Shown: positions 26,201 through 38,300 of the stretch, piece after piece
Numbering within the stretch: the first letter of the stretch is position 1
Layout of the letters: each line of letters opens with the position of its first letter
Source: Lingula anatina
Taxonomy: Eukaryota > Animalia > Brachiopoda
Reading direction: 5' to 3'
Assembly: GCA_051362555.1 (NCBI GenBank)
Contig: CM120644.1
Span: 22,094,534-22,158,533 of the forward strand
Length of the DNA: 64,000 nt
Program-made: the position numbers and the translations under genes
Notes under the pieces: model-generated
The model's input: the letters and a program-made list of their open reading frames with translations, nothing else
Told to the model about the DNA's origin: nothing
The model's database searches: none

Positions 26201-29200
26201 AAGCAGAGTCCTCCCACAGGTAGTGAGTGCCAGTGATTGACTGTCTTCACCACGTTGGAACTGCTCAGAAAGTTCCACCTGAAGCAAATATGTTAACAAG
26301 TGAAGTAACTGATCATATATGAAAGAAATACAGGAAAATAAGAACTACTGATAATACAAGTTATTTCTATGGAGACCAAACATGTTTTTCCCTTATAACA
26401 AATATCACATTAAAACTGGTCATAATTGTCAAATCCTAATAGCTTTCTTTTCATCCTTCTATCAAGATTCTTAAGGAGTTGCTCAGAATCACAGCCAAGG
26501 AGCTTGGGGTCATCAAGGTCATCTCAGACTTTGCGAAACCACAGAAGCTAGCTGTCATCACAGCAACAGCCTTTTATGAAAATAAAGCGCATCTTTTTTC
26601 AAATGCTGGCCCCACTGACTATACAGTACTTACCAGAGCAGTATCTTGCCATTGCTAGCGCCAGTAGCTATACAATACTCAGTGGGATGACACGCCACAC
26701 AAGTCAACTTCAGGTACTGGTCAACATCAACAATGTGACTGAAGAAAACATCTGTCATGAGAACTCTGGCGCAATCAGTGTAGATATACAGATACGCTTG
26801 TGTTGAATATTTTAATATTCAAGGAATTGCTCAGAATCACAGCCAAGGAGCTTGGGGTCATCAAGGTCATCTCAGACTTTGCGAAACCACAGAAGCTAGC
26901 TTTCATCACAGCAATTTGTCTAAACTGATAAACACGTTTCTACTGCATAAATAAGGTCGTTTTGTTCCCAGTGACAATAAACAGTAATTTCAAGGGGGGG
27001 GGGGGGGGGGGGGGGGGGGGGTCACTTTCTGTGGCCTACAAAGTTATGTCAATATCCAGTTTATAACTCTCTCCTCTCACCTTTGATGTGGTTAAAATGC
27101 ACAGAATTTGTCTGCAAATGTTGATGACTAGAATTTATGCACTCTCCACCCGAAAAAAGAAATGCTATCCTTAAATGTTCATCAAAACCACCTGATAAGG
27201 TCTTCACTTCTTTTATATCTTTAGAACAGACAAAGCCGCCTCATCTAACTTACTGTTTTGTGAGTTTCTTCTTAAAGGAATGCACAATTAGTGTCCTCCC
27301 TTGAACTGCTGCTATGTACTCTCCCTGAAGATACAGGTCATAACACAGATCATTTAACATACTGAAAATACAGGTCATCACATACATCATCTAGTACACA
27401 GTTTGGGAACAGGCTAATTCCCTACCTCTGTCTTAAATTTCATATTTATGATAAAAACAGTTGAAAATGTCGTTTCTCAATAATACTTATTACAGGAACC
27501 ATCTACTTCCATGAAGTATAAATCTTTAAATTTTTGCAGTCAAAATATTAGATGACAAACTTTTAGTAGTTCTAAGAAACATGTTCAACACAATCACAAC
27601 TAACAAATTATGCATAGTCACAACTTAAACAATCAGTTTAACCCCATAGAGCCCGTCACCGCATATGTGCGGTTCAATTACCGCTTACCCCAAACGCCCA
27701 AAACCGCATATGTGCGTATCTTGGAAAGATCGTCTTTTGTACTCTTTTGTATCGTGAGTCATGAAATGATATATAGTTTAACATCCGGGTATGTTTCTTG
27801 TCTCTCATTGCCACCATTTTTAAAGGCGATAGAAATATATATGAGCAAGAAAACGGCGATTTTCAAGACTTAGTTGGAGAAAGTAAAATCAAGATGGCGG
27901 CTCCTCGCTACGGTAGGGACCTGCGAAGGGATATTGTTATTGAAATGATTGAAAATCCGGACTTTGAAGAGAAGTTTTCGTGTGACAGTAACATAGACAG
28001 TGGCGTTGATATTCATTTTTTTATGATATAAAGGACGATAGAAATATATATGAGCGAGAAATCGGCGATTTTCTAGACCTAGCTGGTGAAAGTAAAATCA
28101 AAATGGCGACTTCTCACTACGGAAGGGGCCTGCGAATGAATACTGTTATTGAAATGATTCAAAACTACGACACTGATAAGGTGTTTTCGAGTGACAGTGA
28201 TATAGACAGTGGGGATGATATTCCTTTATTCATGATATAAGTTTTAAAGATGTTTTTGTCATAGATGGTGTAAAAATTTGACTTCTATTCAGCTCTGGCC
28301 ACGATGTTCAGGTGAGCTGAAAAGCTGGTATACCTGATAGCAAAACGATCATAACTTAAAAATTGATAGAGATAAATTGCTGAAATTTCCTGGGTTGAAG
28401 GTTACTATAATTGACATCATCCCTGTGAATTTTCAGGCAAATGTATGTAGAAATAAAAAATTGATGTGCATAAGATAAATCAACTTTGTTTTATTTTACC
28501 CATTACCAAATGAAAATGTAGTTTTTAACCGGCTATAACTTTTGATACTGCATGTTAAATTTAAATGTAATTCTATTTTCATTTAGCTTGAAATATTGGC
28601 TTTTTAAAAATGTATACTTAGTATGGGTAATAAAGACAAACAAATAAATTATGACCAATTTACTGAGGTGACCCGGCTTTTCAAGGCTAGCTCACAGAAT
28701 TAATTGGGCACAGCAGAGCTTTATGGGTCAGCATAAACTGGGTCCTATGGGGTTAACTAACACAACTAAACACATTCAAAACAAACATACACAATTATTA
28801 CAACTGAAACATTCAATGCAGTCTCAACAGACATAATCAAAACAGTAAAAAAAAAACACATCCAATGCAGTCACAACTACCACAGCTAGTGAATGTGTGC
28901 TCACTCACATGCACTCCTAGCGCAAGGCACCTCTCCTCTTTACGCACTCTCTCCAGGACTGTACGCAGATGGAGAACTTTATCACTGGCTTTTCGAGGAA
29001 GATGAAACTGCACAAGCTCAAAACCTAGAATGTTAAATCAAGTCCTGAAAATGTTTTTATGTTATCTTGTGGTTGAAGTTTGGTTATTTTGTAATATATA
29101 TCACTCCTTTACAAATCTGATGAAAGAAATAACATAACACTGCAGTCTCAAATTGCAAATACAACTGTTCTAAACTCAACAAATCTACTTCAAAATCATA

Positions 29201-29361
29201 ATGTCCTGATAGCACCTAGAATCACCTACTTTTTGAGGAAGACTTCCGTACTGCATAGTAAGCAGGACTCTCACAGCTGTCTGACACAAGAAGGACATGG
29301 ATGGGAAAGTTCAGCTGGTAGGTCTACAATAAAAAACACATTTTCTTTAAGGTTTTGTAAC

Positions 29362-29392
<31 letters not shown>

Positions 29393-32300
29393 CGCACGCA
29401 AGCATGGGCATGGTGTGCATGTGTCACTGCAAATTATCTTAAATTGGAACAAAAAAAAAAAAATAATAAATAAATGATTGGTTTTTTATCATAAAAGTTG
29501 CTCAGAATCACAGCCAAGGAGCTTGGGGTCATCAAGGTCATCTCAGACTTTGCGAAACCACAGAAGCTAGCTTTCATCACAGCAACATACTGTAAGATCT
29601 TCATGTTTTGTAACTGATATTGTTATGTTGTACTTAATGTGTTTTCACAAACAGAACAGATAAAACTAAATGTGATCATAATATTATTATAAATTCTACT
29701 ACAAATCTGAAAACAAAAACATGGTATGACAGGTTTATGAAAGTGTCATAAAAATATGACCCGAAAGTACAAATTCATGCAAATTCAGACATTCATATAT
29801 TCAAAGTTCCTCACCTTGAGAGCTACTCCATCAGAATAGTCCCACTGTATTATACTCTGGTCCAGTGATGAGGACAAAATCTGCAATGGACAATTTTTTA
29901 AATGACAACCCAAAGTTCTAACTATACATTATAATCATAAAGAATTGTTGTGTTAGCTGTGATTGTGTTCGGTGTGTATCGTGTATGTTCGTATGTGTAC
30001 GTGGAGGTCATGGGTTGAAAGACCGCGCCCCATAAAATTTGATTTCCACCTGAAAGTCAGACGGAGATGCAGGTTGAATAACTGAAATAGGTATTCCAGT
30101 GATCTTGCAGGTAAGTTTAATTTTATTTAATAAAGGACCAATCCATAGTTTAAATTCATACATTTCTAAATTTATATATTTATTTTTTATGGTGTTTTTG
30201 GCATTGTTATATTTTTATTTCTTTGTTCTGTCTTTCTTGTCTTTCGTTAGTGTAAATTTTGTTAATGTAATTGTTTAAAATTAATTTGTTTATATTGCTC
30301 TTGCAGATATTTGCAGATATTTGAACAATAATAATAAAGAAACATCAACCCGAGCTATCGGTCTGTTACACAGTCATAAACAGCCACTCTAATTGACACA
30401 TTCACAAGTCCACTTATGGAAGTCTTCAACAAGTTTATCATTACATAGCAGAATTGAATACTAGTAGTGACAGGTACGCAGATGAATTTTATCTTACTCG
30501 AAAGCACTGACAATGCCAAGACTAACTGGCCTTTCAGCAGTATGTGACTTGCAATGTTCACAAAGTCAATTAAAATCTTTGGTGAAGAAAACTACATGTG
30601 TGAGTGTACCCAGGTCTGGTGGAGTGTTCACCCCCCTGTCTACATCATCATTACCGTCACTGTCTATAATTACGAGCTCCAATACGGCCATCTCAAGAGA
30701 CAACCTCTAAGAGTTGACATTAGAGAGAAAGCAATCCCACAGTGATCTCAACTACACTTAGACCCCATTCCCAGAGATTAGATCGATCCAAACTAGATCG
30801 ACCTAACTCCCTGGGGGTTCACGCTAAATAGCTGTCAGCCGAGCAGGCACGAAAGTTAATTACCCCCCTTACAGCTTGTAGTAGGCTTGATGGACATTTA
30901 AGTCAGATTATCTGACAGTAATCTAGTGAGACTCCCCACGGGGATAGATCGATCTAAAATCTATGAGAATACGCCCCTAGTTAGAATAACCAGTGAACAC
31001 TCTAGTATCAAATGTTAGTTACCTGTAATCTGTTCTTAGGATGTTGTTTCACTCCTGTCACGGTGTCTGTGTGTCCCCGTAGCTCCCTCATACACTCCCC
31101 ACTGACTGTACTGTACACTTTGATTGTGTGGCCTGCACAGCAAAACAGACACCTTTAACACAGGAAAAAAAATATCATTTGGGAAACACGGAGTAAAATG
31201 TAATTTTAATATACATAAATGTGGCTGAATTAGAAGCCGGCCTACAGAAGGCGCACACGACTGCCCGAGGTAAGCTCAAAGTATCTTCTAAGCGTATGAA
31301 GAGGGATTATGACCTGAGGATTTTGGAGCAAACTTATGCGGCCGGGGATTCAGTTTACATACTGGATTCAGCCCGAGGCCGGGGGAAGTGTAAGAAACTA
31401 TGTCCCCCGTGGAAGGGTCCGGGAGTCATCGTGGAGAGGCTGAGCTCGTATTTATACCGGGTGAAGGTAAGAAATGCGGTGTTCGTGGCCAATCATGACA
31501 GGTCAAAACCTTGTCGAGACAGTGAGATACCTCTGTGGATCCAGCAATGGAGAAAAAAACCCGTGGTTGACTCTACAATCAAGGGGGATGACAAGGTATA
31601 TTGAAACTGTAGGCAGAAATGGCAGGGCCGATTTATGATACAGTGCGATCATTGTAGTGAATGGTATCATGGGTCCTGTGTAAACATTACTGCGTCTGAC
31701 GCCCTTTTGATAAAGAAGTATAAGTGTGAGGATTGCACACGTCCGGGCCATAATCCTGGGGATTGAGTAGAGGATTAAGGTCGAGTAGAGGATTAAGGTC
31801 GAGTAAGGTCGAGTAGAGAGTTAAGGTCGAGTAGAGATAAAAAGTTTAATTAGCTAAGAGTTTAGCTTAAGTCAAATAACTCTTACTCAAAATTCTTCTT
31901 TTTTTTCTTTTTAGATGGAAGAGCAGAAGTGGCTTGACCTTATCAAGCCGATCTAAGAGTCCTGCAAGGATAAGAGGCTCCACCCAAGCCGGGAGTTGGT
32001 TAATGTGATTGCCAGCCGACCCATGGCCTTGCAGGGGGATGCTGAGGCACTGTTGCTGAAGCAGGTGGCACTCTCTAGGGAGAGAGATGCGGAGGCTTGG
32101 CGCAAAGATTGTGCTAAGGGCCTGGTGGCTGTAGATTTTCAATCCCGCAGTTGGGTATTTGAGCATGTTGCCAGGGCTGCCACTCCCAGAAAGGGGAAAG
32201 GTACTCGAGAGGCGTGGCATGCCACACATCGAGATTTCAGACTTCAAAAGGACACTACTTTGGAGCACAGGGTGGATACAGTGACTCCGAGCACTGTGGT

Positions 32301-35300
32301 TAGAGGAAGTCCAGAGGCAGCAGTGCGAGGGGAGAGTGAGGAGTCGGGGTCAGTATCAGACAGTATACTGAGGACTCCCACTGAGTCAATGGAGGTGGAC
32401 ACACCTTCGAGTCCGGTGAGGAGGTCACCAAGGGCTACCCTTACAGCTGGGGTAGTGAGATGGACTTGCGGGAAAAGCTTACCTATGCCGAGGCTGTCAA
32501 GAAACTAAGTCCAAGTGATGTGGTAACGACACAGAGTCGAGAAAAGTCAACTAAGACTGGGGGCTCTTACCAACTACGGCCTTAGGGTCGGGCATGGTTA
32601 GTTAAGAAAACCAAGGCAGGGGTCAAAACAGAATTTGGGCAGGACTGGCCAATACGGACCAGTGGACCTTAGAGGTACTGGTCCGTACCAAGAAGTACTG
32701 GTCCGTAAAATTTTACGTTAAAAATTACTAGTTTCAAGCTACTAGATATAACGTAAATGCATACATGTTTAACATCCATTTTTATTTCTATATGATTATC
32801 TAAACACATTCATATTCTAGTCAGTTCCTTTAACTGTTTGTACACATCCTCCTCTGCTAGCTCATCATTATCATAATATATAAAAAATAAAATGGATATA
32901 TAAAAAATTATTATGAAATAAATATAACTTCTACATATATCCATATTTTAATCTTAAAAATTAAATTTAATTTTAATTGCTAGGGTTGAACGCGAAACGA
33001 AAAAACTTCTCTCAAACTTTACTAGCCCGAACCAAAAAACACTAGCCCAATTTAAATAATTCATTTAAAAAGTTTAAGCAGATGCTGTAAAGAGTTGTGG
33101 TACCATACTGTACTTTCTTATAAACCTTATTATAGAAGTAGAGCAAGTGAATAACAAAGTCAATCAGGTTAATTTCCAGTTGATGGGGTGGTAAAATTAA
33201 TCAAAAACATATTTAATTCTTTTAATATTGAAAAAATTATTTTTTTAAATTTGTAATACTGAATATAGTTACCCTTACGTTCCATATTTTTATTTATATT
33301 ATATCTTTTTTTTTCATTTTTTATATGCAATCAAAATCTTTTTTTAATTCCTCTTCTTTTTATTGACAATGGCTCTTTTCTGACAATTTATTTCCAATTA
33401 CATCGGTATATAATGCCACTTCTAATTTAAAATACATAGGTGCTGTAAGGGTAATTAAACAAACGTCTTACAATTTTTTTGGTAACAATTCTTTTGTTTA
33501 TATATTTGTAAAAACAACTTTTCAAGGACTTTACCAGGACAAAGTGTGGAGGGGTAGCCATGACATAAACTGAACTATCCCACATTGTCAAGAATAGTTC
33601 ATAGGGTATTTATGTAACTGCCATGTATTTACTCATGGACATTAAAATTATAAATGAAAAATATGAACAAAAAAGGAAATAGAATACTCCACCCTTCAGT
33701 CTGCTAAGTGGTCCTAACCTAAATGTTCTATGAGATAACGCATACATTACACTTGCTTCGGAGACGTGTTGTTTTGACAAAGAACCTGTTGCTAGTACCA
33801 AAGAATTCCGGTCTGATCCAGTTTCTTGATTGACAGCAATTTGTAGTCATGACAACAAACTGGTCAAATAAAAAGATGCCGACACGCTGATCAGACAGAC
33901 TGCTACTATAAATAACTACAGTGAAGTTATTTATAGCAACTAATCAATATTCAGTAGTTTGAGCTAGGTGTGAGTTTTTTCAACTGAGAGGCATATCATA
34001 CTATCTAGAAACGTCAAATTAGAGGCAGGGACAAAGAATACTGGCGACTCATATTTTTGAAATCTTACTGAGTGTTAAAATAGGTTCAAAATTACAGCTA
34101 GTGCTTTATAAAATTTCATCTTTTTTACTAGCCCGGTGCCACTTTAGGTGGGCAATTGCCTCGGGTTAGTGCTTAACGTCGCAGACTGTGGGTTTGGCAA
34201 CGATGTTTGGCACTTTTCAGCGGTCGCCAAAACGGACCAGTACCCCTGACAAGTAGTCGCCCGGGACGTTTCTAAGTCGCATTGGCGAGTGGGCGACAGT
34301 CTGCAAGGTCTCAACAAGGCAGGAAACACCTCCTAAGGTACCTTCAAAAATTTCCAAGAAGGATGAGGAAAAAAGGTGTTTCAGGTGTAAGAAAGTAGGG
34401 CATGTGGCTTGGAAGTGCCCAACTCTGTCCGAGGAGGATGGGTGCTTCAGATGTTCGGAGCTGGGGCACATAGTCAAAGATTGCCCACTTTCAAGGAAAG
34501 CGGCCAAGGACCGGAAAGATGTGTCTAAGGCGAGACGGGATGACTCCAGGGGGAGTTCAACGAGCAGACGGGATGACTGCAGGGGGAGTTCATCGAGTAA
34601 ACCTTCAACGAGTGGTCTCGAGGAGCTGGGTACATGGGCCCATGCTAAGAGATCGAGGCAGAGTGGTGGCTCCAGTCATGGAGGAGTTACTAGTGCCGTG
34701 GGCGCAAAACCTAGTGCAACTTATGTCCAATTTTTGGATGCAATAGTCATTTAACGGAGAAACATGCATGGAACAAGCATATCCCTCCTGTGTTTCATCC
34801 GGTGTTTGAGGGCAAGGGTATGGAAAAGAGAAGATTTCTAGCTCTTAATCTTCTAGCCACTCAGCTAATTGGGATGAATGCAAAGATGGACAGGTTATGC
34901 CAGGCCTGTGATATCATGGACCAGGGAGATCGGGAGATACCTCTCAGTAGGAAAGAGGGTATTGACAACATTATCCAAGGCCTGGGTTTGTCAGGCGAGT
35001 ATGCCCTCAGAGTTGGATCTCTCCTGTTGGGGAAGCCTTTGCTGAGCTTAATAGCTAAATTATGGCCGTCAGATCTGGAGGGGTATAGGAGCAACATGTT
35101 CCATCGAAGAGGACGAAGAGCTGTCTATTCCTAAGCCTCCAGTAGGATATGACAGTCATTGTCACGTGGATCGTGTGCGCCAGCACTTGGAGTTACCAAC
35201 TACAGCAATCCGGAGATGTCTGTTCTGGGTGAGATTGGTATAGATTACACCACCTCATCACGGCAGTGGGAAGCGCAGTTTGAAGTACTAGAAAGGGCTG

Positions 35301-38300
35301 TTACATTTTTAAGGGAAGACCAGGTACTGGTGCTCCACTGTCGAGGGCCCAAGGACGACTCAGCTAGTGATCTGGCTTGGAGACATGTTTTAAACATTCT
35401 TCGATTGGCTGATAATGTGAAAAGTGATCAGTTAATTCACTGTCACTGTTTCACAGGGTCAAGGAGGATGGCAGAGAAGTGGATACAGTATTTTCCCAAT
35501 ACCTACTTTGGAGCTACTGCCATCTTCAGGGCGTATATGGATACTTCGAGGAGTAGGAGAGCAATAGAGATGTTACGGTGGATGCCTGCTCAAAGGTTAC
35601 TGCTGGAAACTGATGCCCCATACTTTGGATGTCCGACAAGGAGTAAGTCCACTCCAGCTTTCCTGTGGAAAGTAGCGGAAGTCGTAGCAAGAATTCGTGG
35701 GTATGACGGGTGGTACTTAAAGGCGGAAAGACAAGGAAAGACAGGTTAATGGAAGTAATAATAAGATATTGAAAGTCATATATGCCTAATCTGATACCAA
35801 AAGCGCTTGAAATGTCCTTAAATAAGAAATCCAGTCACTTTGCAGTGGTTTAAATACACAAATATTCCAATACGAAACTTCGTCCACCATCTTGGATTTC
35901 CGTAGCCGGATCTAGCGTCCTGTCTTGTGAAGCGCCACCTATCTTAGTGATTCTAGCAGACAACATACAAACTGCAGACAGCTAAAATATTTGCAAATTA
36001 AAAGATTAGAGGAGTTTTATGTCTAGAACAGCTTTGAAATCTGGGTGATTGGATACAATACTCCTTGTTTTTTAGATATAATTATGAATGATATAAGGCC
36101 CTAGCAGACAACAGTAAAATAGCAATTTACTAGCTTAAATTTATTTTAAAATATTGTATAAGCCCAAATAGTTTTTAAAACGTGAGAAGTGTATTAAATT
36201 ATTAACCTGTTTGAAACTAATGGTGTGAATAACGGGTTCTTATAAACATTTTAACCAAGATTTTGTTCCTTTATAAAACATGATGACAGGTAATTATTCA
36301 ATTATGATTAAGCGAATAGCAAAAACGGTTAGTTGTGTAGCAGGTGTGATGTCTACACAGTGGTATTTAGATCAAGACACATAGATTTCAAAATGAAGAG
36401 GGGGAGAAGGGGATTACATATCAGCTTGTTGCGTCTTAAGTTATAGCTGTAAGTTTTCGGGTCATATTGTGAAATGTGTAAAATAAAATAAAAGAGTGAT
36501 CTTTACAGGCTAGAAGAGATATGAAAAAATCTCAGGTAAGTGTTTCTTTGATTCTGAGGCCTGAACTTGAGATTGCCAGTTAACCATTGGTGTTAATAAC
36601 CAGTTTTTGATTTTTGCTAGTTGATAGAGATAAAGATAATTTGTGACAGCTGAGTAGTTGATGTCAGTGACAGGTAAGCCAGACTTAAGATTGTGGCTTA
36701 ACCATTGTTCTTATGAATATAAATTGACTTCGACCAAGTGTGTTAAAATTACTCTTTCATTTAACAGGAATTTTTATGAAGATAATTAAGTGCTCAATTG
36801 TCTTGGTTAATATTATTCTTGCTTCTTGATAGTTTGTGAAGTTAATATTTAATAATAGATCTGCACCTCGTTTAAATGATGCTTTTCCATCAAATCTGAT
36901 TCTGTCTATTAAATTATGTTAGCTAGACAGTGAGATGAAGAGAAATATTTGCTATCAGATCTCTACCAGATCAGGTCTTATGATATTTGTATCTTTATTA
37001 CCCTTTTTATTGAATATATCCATTGTACCAGGCTTTACTTAAATGCATTTAAGGAAAGTATTTTTCACAAAGTATGGTAGTTACGCATACAAGACATATA
37101 CATGTTCGATATATTTATTAGTAAATGTAAAACAATATATATATATATATTTTTTTTTTCTTTTTTTTTTCTTTTTTTTTTGTGAAGCAGGTGGGATGTC
37201 TACACAGTGGTATTTAGATCAAGACACATAGATTTCAAAATGAAGAGGGGGAGAAGGGAATTACATATCAGCTTGTTGCGTCTTAAGTTATAGCTGTAAG
37301 TTTTCGGGTCATATTGTGAAAAGTGTAAAATAAAATAAAAAAGTGATCTTTACAGGCTAAAAGAGATATGAAAAAATCTCAGGTAAGTGTTTCTTTGATT
37401 CTGAGGCCTGAACTTGAGATTGCCAGTTAACCATTGGTGTTAATAACCAGTTTTTGATTTTTGCTAGTTGATAGAGATAAAGATAATTTGTGACAGGTGA
37501 GTAGTTGATGTCAGTGAGTTTGGTAGACACTGATGAGAATGATGCAACTCCCATAGGTTTGGTGGACATTGATGAGAATGACATTCTGTCACAGCCTGTT
37601 CCTTCCACTACCCACGATCCCAGTATTACTGATAATTCCTCTGCATCACCAAAAAACCACAGCTTTGAGACAGACGACCCGTCACTGGAGGTAGAAACTG
37701 AGCTTGTTGGTGCACCTATCAACAAGTATATGGAAGCAGGTGATATCATCGAACTTTTACAATCATTGCCAGAGACTCTGAATCACATTCCTGATGGGAG
37801 AAAAGAAAATGTTCGCTTTTTGGTTGACAACAAGGAAAATGAAGAAAGACGTAGTGAAGGGAAAAATAGTCAGTTCGTTGATGACTGTGGGGTGTGGCAA
37901 AATAGTAACTCCCCTGTAACACATATGGGCAGAAGAGATGGAAAATGGACAACAGTCCTGCTCAAAGATGGCCAGTACTACACGGAAAAACGCTCCAATG
38001 GCAAAAAGGTCCTTTGTCTTATGAAAGACCGACCAACAGAGGTTGTCAGACTGCAGCGAAATTATGCCACGCTAAAAAGAGACAGTACGTACAAGAGAAG
38101 GATTTCTTGGATTAAAGGAATTCCTGTGGCAATTGTGGAATACATCGGTAAACTGCCACCACCAGCTCCACATGGGGGGAATGCAGCCAAAGGGGCGCCT
38201 CCTTATCAAAGAACTGCAAAGCCGGTACTAGAAAAGATAAGGGAACAGGCAAAAGGAGGTAAAAAGCCGAAAGAGATTTACGAAGAGATGATAATAAGTA

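Noticed and set aside
31602-31604. Selenocysteine or programmed readthrough at the TGA aligned to a PHD cysteine
   Set aside because: The element has several other stops and frameshifts; a TGY->TGA point mutation is simpler; no SECIS recognised.
35151-35749. TatD as bacterial contamination or a host TATDN gene
   Set aside because: Embedded in a WDR75 intron, decayed, and collinear with retroelement-type sequence.
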